A stretch of DNA of 63,483 nt from a candidate division WOR-3 bacterium (GTDB lineage Bacteria > Hydrothermota > Hydrothermia > WGAB01). The notes beneath the pieces were generated by a model that saw only the letters and a program-made list of their open reading frames with translations, made no database searches and had not been told where the DNA came from. The position numbers and the translations under genes were made by a program. Position 1 is the first letter of the stretch. Every line of letters begins with the position of its first letter. Location of the stretch: positions 1 to 63,483 of the forward strand of contig JALXEF010000069.1 in the NCBI GenBank assembly GCA_027069855.1. The letters run 5' to 3'. Below, piece by piece: positions 47,681 to 56,724 of the stretch.

Positions 47681-49356
47681 GGCCCCTGCGCCGCGTGGTG
47701 CTGGTCCTCCTGGTGGTCACCTTCGTGCCCCTGCTGGGCCAGTTGTTCCGGATCCAGATCCTGCAGCACCGCCGGCTGCAACAGGAGGCGCTGCGGAACT
47801 TCGTGAAGGTGCTCACCCTGATCCCCTCCCGGGGCGCCATCTACGATCGCAACGGCCTGCCCCTGGCCCATTACCGCCCGGGCTTCAAGGTTTCCATCGT
47901 GCCCCAGAAGATCAGCGATGCCGAATGGGTCACCCTGCGCCGGATCCTGAACCTCCAGGTGCCCCGCGATTCCCTGAAGGGCGTGGGCTTCGTCACCCTG
48001 AAATCCGACCTTTCCATTGAAACGGTCACCGCCCTGGAGGAACGGTCCGACCAGCTGCCTTGGGTGATCGTCAGCCCCACCCTGATCCGCTACTACCCTT
48101 ACGGCCCGGCCTTTTTCCACCCCGTGGGTTACATCGGCCGCGTCAACCGCCGGGAAGTGGAACAGGGATACGCTCCCGACGACTATGTGGGCCGCATGGG
48201 CCTGGAACGGGCCTACGAAGACAGCCTCCACGGCACGCCGGGCATCCGGTTCGTGGCCGTGGACGCCCGCGGCCGACTCACCCGCCTGGATCCCCGGGCC
48301 CCGATTCCGCCCCAGAGCGGGAACGACCTCGTGACCACCCTGGACGCCCCCCTGCAACTGGCGGTGGATTCCCTGGTGCCCGATACCATGCAGGCCGCGG
48401 TGGTGCTGCTGGATATCCGCACCGGCGAGGTGCTGGTCCTCTACGCCCATCCCGGTCTGGACCCCAACTGGTTCGTGACCGGCATCCCCTTCGCCCTGTG
48501 GGACTCCATCCGCACAAGCCCGGCCCATCCCCTGCTCAACCGGGCGGTGGCCGGGCGGTACCCCCCGGGCTCCACCCTGAAACCCCTGGTGGGCCTCATG
48601 GGCCTGGATCTCCACCTCATCACCCCCCGCGAACGCCTGGTCACCTGCACGGGTAGGTTCCGCTTCGGCGACCGAATCTGGCTCTGCTGGCTCAAAACCG
48701 GCCACGGCCCGATGAACCTGTACCAGGGCATCGCCCATTCCTGCGATGTTTATTTCTACGCCCTGGGCCTCAAGATCGGGCTGCGGCGCTTCCTCACCCT
48801 GCTCAACAGCCTGCCCCTCCGGGGCCCGTGGCTCCGGTTGCCGGAGGCCCGCCCGGGCTTCGTGCCCTCCTACGAGTGGTACCGCAAAACCTACGGCCCC
48901 TATGGCGTCACCGAGGGGCTGGTGCTGAACCTGGCCATCGGCCAGGGTGAACTCACCCTCACTCCTTTGGAGGTGGCCACCCTCACCGGCCTCATCGCGG
49001 CCCGGGGAAGGATGCCGGCGCCCCATCTGCTCCGCCGGCCTCCCCATCTGGACACCCTGCGGCTGCCCTTTGCCCCGGAAACCTACACCCCGATCCATCG
49101 GGCCATGCGCCAGGTGGTCACCCAGGGCACCGGCCAGGCGGCCGATATCCCGGAGATCACCGTGGCCGGCAAAACCGGCACCGCCCAGAACCCCCACGGC
49201 GAGGACCACGCGTGGTTTGTGGCCTTCGCGCCCTATGAGCATCCGGAGGTGGCCCTGGCCGTGCTGGTGGAACACGGAGGCCACGGGGGCAGCACAGCCG
49301 CTCCCCTGGCTGCCGAAATCCTCAAACGCTACGCCCGACGGAGGTCGGCACCGTGA
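47677..49356 (+). CDS. mrdA: Penicillin-binding protein 2 (elongasome transpeptidase)
   Basis: Contains STLKP (SxxK) and KTGTAQ motifs. It is followed by rodA. Confidence 0.9.
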   Translation: MRPLRRVVLVLLVVTFVPLLGQLFRIQILQHRRLQQEALRNFVKVLTLIPSRGAIYDRNGLPLAHYRPGFKVSIVPQKISDAEWVTLRRILNLQVPRDSLKGVGFVTLKSDLSIETVTALEERSDQLPWVIVSPTLIRYYPYGPAFFHPVGYIGRVNRREVEQGYAPDDYVGRMGLERAYEDSLHGTPGIRFVAVDARGRLTRLDPRAPIPPQSGNDLVTTLDAPLQLAVDSLVPDTMQAAVVLLDIRTGEVLVLYAHPGLDPNWFVTGIPFALWDSIRTSPAHPLLNRAVAGRYPPGSTLKPLVGLMGLDLHLITPRERLVTCTGRFRFGDRIWLCWLKTGHGPMNLYQGIAHSCDVYFYALGLKIGLRRFLTLLNSLPLRGPWLRLPEARPGFVPSYEWYRKTYGPYGVTEGLVLNLAIGQGELTLTPLEVATLTGLIAARGRMPAPHLLRRPPHLDTLRLPFAPETYTPIHRAMRQVVTQGTGQAADIPEITVAGKTGTAQNPHGEDHAWFVAFAPYEHPEVALAVLVEHGGHGGSTAAPLAAEILKRYARRRSAP

Positions 49357-50534
49357 AGTCACCCCGCTGGCTCGTGCTCATCGCCCTCCTGCTGGCGGCC
49401 CTGGCCCTCCTGGAACTCTCCGCCATTTCGCCCCGCCTGTTCCAGCGACAAACCCTGTACCTGGCCCTGGCGCTCCTGACCCTGGGGGTCACCGCCCGGA
49501 TTCCCCTGCGGGTTTGGAAATACACGATGCCCGTCCTCTACGGACTGGGACTCCTGTCGCTGGCCCTGGTGCTGTTCGTGGGCCGGGGCGCGGGGGCCCA
49601 GCGATGGATCCCGCTGGGGCCGTTCCACTGGCAACCCGCCGAAACCATGAAGCTCCTGCTCATCCTCACCCTGGCCTACGGCTACGAACGGCGGAACGAC
49701 ACCTGGCAGATGCTCAAGATGGGGGTTCTCACCCTGCTGCCCATGGGCCTCGTGCTGCTGGAACCCGACCTGGCCACGGCCCTCACCTACTTCGTCATCT
49801 ACGCGGCGGTGTCGCTGGTCATGGGCCGGAACCTGGTGCTGCTGCTCTTCCTGACCCTGCCGCCGCTGGCCGTGGCCTTTTCCTTCAACCCCTGGAGTTT
49901 CGTGGTGTTCCTGGGGGTGGTGCTGATTCTGCTCTATGTGGTGCGGGTTTCGCCGGGCCATGGGCTCCTCCTCGTGTTCCTGGTGACCGCCGTGGGCCTG
50001 CTCTCGCCGGTGCTGGTGGACCACCTGCTCCACGATTACCAGAAGGCCCGCATCGTGGCCTTCCTGAACCCGGAAAAGTACCGGCAGGGCCCGGGCTGGC
50101 AAACGCTGCAGGCCCGCATCGCCCTGGGCTCGGGCGGCCTCCTGGGCAAGGGGTACCGGCAGGGCACCCAGAAGGGCCTGGCCTTCCTGCCCGAGGCCCA
50201 CACCGACTTCATCTTTACCAGCATCGGCGAGGAGTTCGGCTTCGTGGCCACCGCCATGGTGATGCTCCTCTTTGTGCTCTTCTTCTGGGGGCTGGCCTCC
50301 TGGGCCGACACCCTGGAATCCCCGGTGTTCCGCGGCATTGCCGCCGGCGTGCTGGGCTTTTTCCTGTACCACACCGCCACCAACCTGGCCACCAATCTGG
50401 GCATGTTCCCGGTCACCGGCATTCCCCTGCCCTTCATGACCTACGGCGGCAGCCATTTAATCACCGAGTTCGCCGCCCTCGGGGTGCTCCTGCGGGTGGC
50501 GCGGGAGGCCCGGGAACCCCGCTTCTCCTGGTAA
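49353..50534 (+). CDS. rodA: Peptidoglycan glycosyltransferase RodA (SEDS family)
   Basis: 393-aa polytopic protein with the SEDS C-terminus GIPLPFMTYGGSHL. Confidence 0.9.
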   Translation: MKSPRWLVLIALLLAALALLELSAISPRLFQRQTLYLALALLTLGVTARIPLRVWKYTMPVLYGLGLLSLALVLFVGRGAGAQRWIPLGPFHWQPAETMKLLLILTLAYGYERRNDTWQMLKMGVLTLLPMGLVLLEPDLATALTYFVIYAAVSLVMGRNLVLLLFLTLPPLAVAFSFNPWSFVVFLGVVLILLYVVRVSPGHGLLLVFLVTAVGLLSPVLVDHLLHDYQKARIVAFLNPEKYRQGPGWQTLQARIALGSGGLLGKGYRQGTQKGLAFLPEAHTDFIFTSIGEEFGFVATAMVMLLFVLFFWGLASWADTLESPVFRGIAAGVLGFFLYHTATNLATNLGMFPVTGIPLPFMTYGGSHLITEFAALGVLLRVAREAREPRFSW

Positions 50535-50565
50535 ATGGCCGGTATAATTAAGCCGGAGGGTCGGG

Positions 50566-51150
50566 ATGCAGGTTTTGCAGGGGCTTTTCGTGTGCTACCT
50601 GGTGGGCTCTTTGCCCTTTGCCTACTGGATCACACGGTGGCGCACCGGCCTGGACATCTTTGAGGTGGGCGAGGGCAATATGGGCGCCCGCAATGTGTGG
50701 CATGTGGTGGGGCCGCCCTGGGGCGTGCTGACCGCCGTGCTGGATGCATTGAAGGGCGTGGCCGCCGTCACCCTTGCCCGCTCCTGGGGCCTGGACCCCT
50801 GGCTGGCCGGCCTGGCTGCGGTGGTGGGGCACGGCTACCCGGTGTTCCACCGGTTCCGGGGCGGCAAGGGCCTGGCCACCGCCTTCGGCGTGGCCCTCAC
50901 CCTCCTGCCCTGGGCCACCCTAGCCACCCTGGCCACCTACCTCCTGCTTTTCCTGCTGACCCGCCATTTCCACTTCGCCATCACCACCGCCCTCGTGTCC
51001 CTGTTCGTGGTCTGGCTTCCCCTGAGCCAGGCGCCGGCCGGCACCGCGCGCCGGGCCCTGCTTCTCTTCCTCTGGCTGGGCGCCAAACGCTTGCTGGACC
51101 ATCGGCATATGACCCAGGTAAAGGCGAGGGACGTGCATTGGAAGGGTTGA
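50566..51150 (+). CDS. plsY: Glycerol-3-phosphate acyltransferase PlsY
   Basis: Contains GSLPFAYWITR ... GNMGARNV ... LDALKG ... GGKG motifs. Confidence 0.9.
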   Translation: MQVLQGLFVCYLVGSLPFAYWITRWRTGLDIFEVGEGNMGARNVWHVVGPPWGVLTAVLDALKGVAAVTLARSWGLDPWLAGLAAVVGHGYPVFHRFRGGKGLATAFGVALTLLPWATLATLATYLLLFLLTRHFHFAITTALVSLFVVWLPLSQAPAGTARRALLLFLWLGAKRLLDHRHMTQVKARDVHWKG

Positions 51151-52328
51151 CGCTGGGATACCACCTGCTGGTGCTGGTCCTGGGCATGGGTTTCCTGTGG
51201 GTGGTGACCGATAATCTCCGGTTTTCCCGCCAGATGGGGCAACGCCGGAGCCGTATCCGGAAATCCCCGCCCCTGGTATCCGTGCTGATCCCGGCCCGGA
51301 ACGAGGCCCACAACCTGCCCGCCTGCCTGGCCTCGGTGCTGGCCCAATCGTATCCAAACCTGGAGGTGTGGGTGTACGACGACCACTCGGAAGACCAAAC
51401 CCGGGAGGTGGTTCAGGCCTGGGCCCGCCGGGATCCCCGGGTGCATCTGCTGCCGGGCCGCCCCCTGCCCCAGGGCTGGATGGGCAAGAACTTCGCCTGT
51501 GCCCAGCTGGCCCGCCACGCCCGGGGCCGGTACTGGCTCTTCCTGGACGCCGACACCCGCATGGCTCCCGACACCCTCGCCTGGGCCGTTTCCCTGATGG
51601 AATCCCATCGGGCCGACCTCCTTTCCCTGATTCCCACGGTGGAAACCCGGTCGCTGGCCGAGGCCCTGACCCAGACCCTGATTACCACGGCGTTCCTGGG
51701 GTTCTTCCCGCTGCGGTGGATCTGGCAACGGCGGAGCACCCTGTGGGCTGCAGCCCTGGGGCCCTGGATCATGGTGCGGGCATCGGCGTACCGGGAAACC
51801 GGGGGCCACGCCGCCCTCCGGTGGGAGGTGGTGGAGGACATCGCCCTGGCCCGCCTCTTCAAGGCCCGGGGCAAACGCGTGCTGGTCCTGGCCGCCCCCG
51901 AGCGGGTACGGGTCCGCTTTTACGAGGGCCTGCGGCAAACCTGGTACGGCTTCGGCAAAAGCGCCTTCGGCGCCTTCCAGTACTCGGTGCGCTCGGTGCT
52001 CCTCCTCTTTGCGGCCGTTCTGATGGTGTTCTACCTGCCGGTGGTGGGGCTGGTACGGTCCCTCTGGATCGGCCAGGGCCCCTGGCCCCTGTACCTGGCG
52101 GAATCCCTGCTCCTGCCCCTCGTCAAATGGCGGGCCGACCGGCCCTACGGCTATGCCGCCTGGCAGGCCCTGCTGGCCCACCTTTCCGTGCTCTTCGGGC
52201 TGCTGACCGTGGCCTATTCCTTGTACCAGGTGCTGGTGCACGGAGGGGTGTGGTGGAAGGGCCGGTTCTATCCGGTTCACCCGCCCGAAGAGCTCCAGCC
52301 CGGGGTACAAACCGGCTCGGAGTTTTAG
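51147..52328 (+). CDS. Glycosyltransferase family 2 with flanking TM segments
   Basis: Contains VSVLIPARNEAHNLPACLASVLAQSYPNLEVWVYDDHSED and LFLDADT. The start is uncertain: TTG at 51147 overlapping the plsY stop, or TTG at 51138. The track ORF start at 50697 lies inside plsY. Confidence 0.75.
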   Translation: MTLGYHLLVLVLGMGFLWVVTDNLRFSRQMGQRRSRIRKSPPLVSVLIPARNEAHNLPACLASVLAQSYPNLEVWVYDDHSEDQTREVVQAWARRDPRVHLLPGRPLPQGWMGKNFACAQLARHARGRYWLFLDADTRMAPDTLAWAVSLMESHRADLLSLIPTVETRSLAEALTQTLITTAFLGFFPLRWIWQRRSTLWAAALGPWIMVRASAYRETGGHAALRWEVVEDIALARLFKARGKRVLVLAAPERVRVRFYEGLRQTWYGFGKSAFGAFQYSVRSVLLLFAAVLMVFYLPVVGLVRSLWIGQGPWPLYLAESLLLPLVKWRADRPYGYAAWQALLAHLSVLFGLLTVAYSLYQVLVHGGVWWKGRFYPVHPPEELQPGVQTGSEF

Positions 52329-53332
52329 GCCAATCCACACACTTGCAGCATTTCCCGGAGCCGATGGCGATAGGTGTGGCGCCGGTGCACCTCGCGCTGG
52401 CCTTCACGGGCGATCCGGTGCCGCTCGTAGGGATACCGCAGATAGCGGTCGGCCAGATCCAGGCCCTCCTCCAGGCTCCGGAACCACACCAGATGCCGGT
52501 GGTTTTCCAGCAAACGCTCCAGGCCCTCTTCGTACTCCTGCAGCAGGAACCCTCCCCAGCCCAGGGTGAGCCAGACGCGGTTGGAGAAGTACAGGGGCAC
52601 GCCGGGCACCGCGGTGCCCAGCACGATGCCCGAGCCGTGCAGCACGGCCCCGTACTCCTCGTTGTACACCGGAGGATGCCGGTGGCGGATCTGCTGCCGC
52701 GCCCGCTGCCACTCCTCCGGGGTCAGGCACCACTCGGCCGGAAAGGGGCACCGATACCGATCCCAGCCGCCCCCGAACACATGGAGCGGAAAGCGCCGGG
52801 CAAAGGCGAGGAGCACCTCCCAGCGGTGCCGATAGGCATAGCCCGAGCCCAGGAACACCACAGGGAACCGCATTTCCGGCCAGGGATCCGGCGGTGGCCG
52901 CATCCGATCGTCCACCCCCTGGGGCAAAAAGTGCACCCGCCGCACCCCCAGGGCCCGGTACCGGGGGATCTGGCCGAAGGCCGTCAGGAAAAAGCAATCC
53001 GAAGCCCGGGCCAGGGCCAGAATGTGGGGGTCCGGAGGATCCCGGTAGTCCGGGTACCACATCACCTTGAGCCCGGGCAGGCTCTGCCAGAGGTCCGGCG
53101 GTACGCCGCGCCCCTTGGCGGTCAGCACCAGATCGGGCCGAAATCGCCGCACCCTTCGCTCCAGGAGCCGGGGGAACAGGCGGGGCCCCCGGTGATACAC
53201 ACTTTGATGACGGGAGGGGTTCAGGCCTTCCACCCGGGCCCCCAGTTGCCGAAACGCCCGGGCAATGAACTCCTCGTGCCGGCCCCGATGGTTCCAGGCC
53301 CCCACGATGAAAACCCGCAGCGGCGCCCTCAC
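52325..53332 (-). CDS. CgeB-like glycosyltransferase-family protein
   Basis: The C-terminal half (SNRVWLTLGWGGFLLQEY...LADRYLRYPYERHRIAREGQREVHRRHTYRHR) resembles the Glyco_trans_1_2/CgeB type. This is a moderate-confidence family call. Confidence 0.55.
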   Translation of the reverse strand: MRAPLRVFIVGAWNHRGRHEEFIARAFRQLGARVEGLNPSRHQSVYHRGPRLFPRLLERRVRRFRPDLVLTAKGRGVPPDLWQSLPGLKVMWYPDYRDPPDPHILALARASDCFFLTAFGQIPRYRALGVRRVHFLPQGVDDRMRPPPDPWPEMRFPVVFLGSGYAYRHRWEVLLAFARRFPLHVFGGGWDRYRCPFPAEWCLTPEEWQRARQQIRHRHPPVYNEEYGAVLHGSGIVLGTAVPGVPLYFSNRVWLTLGWGGFLLQEYEEGLERLLENHRHLVWFRSLEEGLDLADRYLRYPYERHRIAREGQREVHRRHTYRHRLREMLQVCGLA

Positions 53333-54408
53333 CGCAACACCTCCCGGTACACCTTAACGGTGGCGTCCACCATCCGGTCGGCCGAAAAACGGGCCGGAAT
53401 GTCCCGGCGGGCTGCCTCTGCGAGGCGCCGCCGTTCTTCGGCATCATCCAGGAGGCGCTGCAGCGCTGCCACGAAGTCCTCTGTCCGCCAGGAATCCACC
53501 AGCCAGCCGGTTTCCCGATGCCGCACCACTTCGGGGATGCCGCCCACCCGGGGCGCCACCACAGGCACGCCGTAGGCCAGGGCTTCCATCAGGGCGGTGC
53601 CCAGGCCCTCCACGCGGGAGGTGGAGAGGAACAGAGTGAACACCCCGGCAATGCCGGGCCTATACCAGAGGATCCGAAGCGCACCGGCCAGGCCCAGGTC
53701 GCGGGCCCGCCGCCGGAGCATCGGCTCCAGATAGCCCTCTCCCACGAGCACCGGCACCACCTCCGGCCGGCGTTGCCGCAGATGGGCCACCACCTTTAGC
53801 CAGAACTCCAGGTTCTTTTCCCGGGTAAAGGCGGCCACGGTACCCACGATGGGGCGCTCCTCCGGCAGATCCAGGTCTTCCCGTCGGGGCACCGGCGGCA
53901 GGGGAAACCGCAGGCCCGAGGGCACCACAGCGATCCGCTGTTCCGGCACCCCGGCCTGTCGCAGGGTTTCGGCCACATACCGGGAGATGGCCACATACCG
54001 CCGCACCGCGGGCGAACGGTACTTCCACAGACTCCACCGCCCGATGGGCGAAGGGCGGCGGCGATGGACCACCAGGGGCACCCGGCCCCCCAGGGTGCGG
54101 GCCAGCAGGGCCAGGGTATGGGCACCTGAAGACTGGGCGGCCACAAGGTGGGGCCGCAGGCGGCGCAGGGCCCGTACCAGGTCGGGCAGCGCCCGGAGCG
54201 GGCTTCCGCCGAGGTGCAGGGGCACCGTGGGCACCCCGGCCTCCCGGAACCGCCGCCCCAGCGCGGGCTCACAGGCCACCCACACCTGGTGCCCCCGGGC
54301 CAGGAGGCCCTGGGCCAGCAACAGGATCTGGCGTTCACCGCCGCGCCAGGAACGGGCATCGGTCACCTGGAGGATGCGGAGGGGTGCGGCCTGGGCATGG
54401 TGGTTCAT
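53329..54408 (-). CDS. Glycosyltransferase family 4
   Basis: Contains the GGERQILLLAQGL N-domain and EGLGTALMEALAYGVPVVA C-domain motifs. ATG 54408 is preferred over GTG 54432. Confidence 0.8.
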   Translation of the reverse strand: MNHHAQAAPLRILQVTDARSWRGGERQILLLAQGLLARGHQVWVACEPALGRRFREAGVPTVPLHLGGSPLRALPDLVRALRRLRPHLVAAQSSGAHTLALLARTLGGRVPLVVHRRRPSPIGRWSLWKYRSPAVRRYVAISRYVAETLRQAGVPEQRIAVVPSGLRFPLPPVPRREDLDLPEERPIVGTVAAFTREKNLEFWLKVVAHLRQRRPEVVPVLVGEGYLEPMLRRRARDLGLAGALRILWYRPGIAGVFTLFLSTSRVEGLGTALMEALAYGVPVVAPRVGGIPEVVRHRETGWLVDSWRTEDFVAALQRLLDDAEERRRLAEAARRDIPARFSADRMVDATVKVYREVLR

Positions 54409-54445
54409 GGCGTGCCTAATTTTCCAGCCCACCGGCCTCCGAAGT

Positions 54446-54485
54446 CGGTTTACAAAAGTTCAGCTTTACGCTAAAATGTAAACCG
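54446..54485 (+). promoter_or_regulatory. Promoter with embedded inverted-repeat operator for the XRE/M78-PIN module
   Basis: TTTACA (54449-54454), a 17-nt spacer, then TAAAAT (54472-54477). The 9-bp inverted repeat CGGTTTACA (54446-54454) / TGTAAACCG (54477-54485) covers both boxes. Confidence 0.5.
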
Positions 54486-54510
54486 GCAACCCTAAAAAGA
54501 GGTGATTTCC

Positions 54511-55572
54511 ATGTTGGGTGAACGGATCCGGTCGGCAAGGATCATGCGGGGCCTGAGCCAGAGAGAACTCGCTCGGAGGGTCGGTGTAAGTGCGATGGCC
54601 ATCTCAAAATACGAGCGCAACCTTGACATTCCCGGGTCGGAGGTTCTTTTAAAGTTGGCAAAAGCCCTGGGAGTCCGCATTGAGTTCTTTTTACGAAGCG
54701 AACGAATTCGCGGAATCGTTCCCGCTTATCGGAAACGGAAGGCCCTGCCCAGGAAGCTCCAGGCCTCCATTGTAGAACAGGTCAGGGAGTGGCTGGAACG
54801 GTATGTCGCCCTGGAGAACCTGTTTTTCGAGGACTCTCCTCAATTCCAGCTGCCCGAGGGGTGGCCCCGGAGCATTCGGAATCTTGAAGAAGTTGAAGAA
54901 GCAGCGATCGAACTTCGCCAGGCCTGGAATCTGGGGATTGACCCCATTGAAAACCTCGCGGAACTTCTGGAAGACCACGGGATCAAGATCGGGGTCATGG
55001 ATGTCCAGCACGAAGCCTTTGATGCGCTGGCCTTCCGATACGACGGGAACCCTGTCATCGTGGTCCGCAGGCACACTCCAGGAGACCGGGAACGGTTCAA
55101 CCTGGCCCATGAACTGGCCCATTTGGTACTGGCGGTCGAAGAGGACCTGGATATCGAACGGGTGGCCAACAGGTTCGCCGGGGCCTTCCTGGCTCCAGAA
55201 CCGGTGGTCTATCAGGAACTGGGGAACCACCGGAAGTTCCTGCACCCCATTGAATTGTACCTCCTCAAACACAAGTACGGCCTGAGCATGCAGGCCTGGG
55301 TCTATCGCGCCAAAGATCTGGGCATTATCTCCAGATCCACCGCAAGCCGGATCTTCCAGCACTTCAGAAAACAGGGATGGCACAGGGCGGAACCTGGAGC
55401 CCCCTATCCCTTTGAAGAACCCCAGCGCATGGAACGGCTTGTTTTGCGTGCCCTGGCAGAGGGATTGATCTCTAAGGGCAGAGCCGAGGAACTCCTGGGA
55501 AAATCCCTTGAACCCTTGATCCCACAGGTGGAAACTCCTTATGGAGACGCCGCGCCCCGCGTTCGTGTGTGA
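54511..55572 (+). CDS. XRE-family HTH fused to ImmA/IrrE (COG2856, M78) metallopeptidase domain
   Basis: N-terminal HTH LGERIRSARIMRGLSQRELARRVGVSAMAISKYERN and central HELAHLVL zinc motif. ATG 54511 follows GAGGTGA. Confidence 0.85.
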   Translation: MLGERIRSARIMRGLSQRELARRVGVSAMAISKYERNLDIPGSEVLLKLAKALGVRIEFFLRSERIRGIVPAYRKRKALPRKLQASIVEQVREWLERYVALENLFFEDSPQFQLPEGWPRSIRNLEEVEEAAIELRQAWNLGIDPIENLAELLEDHGIKIGVMDVQHEAFDALAFRYDGNPVIVVRRHTPGDRERFNLAHELAHLVLAVEEDLDIERVANRFAGAFLAPEPVVYQELGNHRKFLHPIELYLLKHKYGLSMQAWVYRAKDLGIISRSTASRIFQHFRKQGWHRAEPGAPYPFEEPQRMERLVLRALAEGLISKGRAEELLGKSLEPLIPQVETPYGDAAPRVRV

Positions 55573-56053
55573 TGCAAGTGTGCTCATTGCGCTGATAGAC
55601 GGTGGCCTTCTTGCACTCGCAGCCCAAGTTTTTGATTTGCTGGTCCCCGATGTCATCCTCCATGAAGAAATCCGGAATCCTCCAGGAGAAAACCTTTTGC
55701 AGGAGGGACTGGTCCGAGAAATCCATTTTAGCGGGACACTGATCCTGAAGGTTTTTGAGCTCCGGAAAAGGTTTTCTGCCCCGAGCACCCACGATCTGTT
55801 TGCGCTGGCAGCCGCTGATCAGGAAAGGATCGTTCTGCTGACCGGTGACAGGCACCTGCGGAGGGCTGCGGAGAAGCTCGGCGTGGAAGCACACGGAGTT
55901 TTATGGGTGCTGGATGAACTGGTCAACGGAGGGCATTTGGCACCCCATGAAGCCGCCGAAAGCCTGCGCAAGATCATGAAACTTGGGACCTATCTTCCGA
56001 AGGAGGAATGCAGGGTGCGGTTGGAATGGTGGGAAGACCCTGGGGACTGCTGA
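55541..56053 (+). CDS. PIN-domain protein (DUF3368-like)
   Basis: Acidic PIN positions in VCDASVLIAL, LTGDRHLRRAAEKLGVEAHGVLWVL. It overlaps the upstream gene by 32 nt from ATG 55541, or by 8 nt from GTG 55565. Confidence 0.65.
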   Translation: METPRPAFVCDASVLIALIDGGLLALAAQVFDLLVPDVILHEEIRNPPGENLLQEGLVREIHFSGTLILKVFELRKRFSAPSTHDLFALAAADQERIVLLTGDRHLRRAAEKLGVEAHGVLWVLDELVNGGHLAPHEAAESLRKIMKLGTYLPKEECRVRLEWWEDPGDC

Positions 56054-56140
56054 AGCAATGGTTCCGGTGTGCCAGATCTGTGCCGGAGTGGACGGGGGAA
56101 AGCCGTTTGTCCTTGAACGGGTAGAGAAACAGCCCAAAAA

Positions 56141-56184
56141 CGGCGGCGGGGGCGGCCGGCTGCAGCCGGCCGCCCCCGCCGCCG
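56141..56184 (-). terminator. Perfect 44-nt GC palindrome, terminator for the minus-strand small ORF
   Basis: cggcggcgggggcggccggctg|cagccggccgcccccgccgccg, followed on the minus strand by TTTTTGGG. It lies between convergent genes. Confidence 0.6.
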
Positions 56185-56204
56185 AAGTCCTCCATCCTCA
56201 GCGG

Positions 56205-56339
56205 TTACCGTTCAAACAGCACACCCCCGATCAGCAGGCCGGTCCACCGGACCGGAAAGTCCGGCACCTCCCGCCGAATCTTCAAGGGCTGCTTGGAAAC
56301 CGGCTGTTTCCGGAGGGTTTTCTCCTTCTTCTCAGCCAT
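56205..56339 (-). CDS. Candidate 44-aa small protein
   Basis: MAEKKEKTLRKQPVSKQPLKIRREVPDFPVRWTGLLIGGVLFER. The SD AAGGAGGTGA lies 5 nt before the ATG and the terminator lies 20 nt after the stop. I recognise no family. Confidence 0.35.
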   Translation of the reverse strand: MAEKKEKTLRKQPVSKQPLKIRREVPDFPVRWTGLLIGGVLFER

Positions 56340-56514
56340 GGTCTCACCTCCTTGCTTTGAGACACAAAATCCCCGAGCCTCCCGAAAGAAACCCGGGGAG
56401 TCGCTGGTCTTCTTTGCTGTGCAGGCGGGTAATCTTATGCGCCCAGGGGGCTCATCGCAATCCCTCCCGGGCCGCCCGCCACCTTTCGTCTCACAGGGAA
56501 AAGCCGGGAAAGGA

Positions 56515-56589
56515 TGGTGGAGATGGGGGGATTCGAACCCCCGACCCCCTGGTTGCAAACCAGGTGCTCTCCCACTGAGCTACATCCCC
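56515..56589 (-). tRNA. tRNA-Ala (anticodon UGC), CCA encoded
   Basis: Reverse complement is GGGGATGTAGCTCAGTGGGAGAGCACCTGGTTTGCAACCAGGGGGTCGGGGGTTCGAATCCCCCCATCTCCACCA. The G3:U70 identity pair is present. Confidence 0.95.
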
Positions 56590-56724
56590 ACAGCGCAGGG
56601 CTGAAAGTTTACACCGGCCGGCGCCGTGCGTCCACGCAGAACGCTCCCGCCGCATGCATCGCTTGATACCGCATAGGGCCGCCGCGCCTCAGGGGAAAAA
56701 TGGAACGGCCCGCCGCCTTGAACC

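Noticed and set aside
54433-56514. tRNA-Ala 3'-end duplication marking an integrated element around the XRE/PIN module
   Set aside because: I found no copy of the tRNA 3' segment (tggtggagatgggggg...) near 54430-54510, and no integrase gene. The islet status rests only on composition and content.
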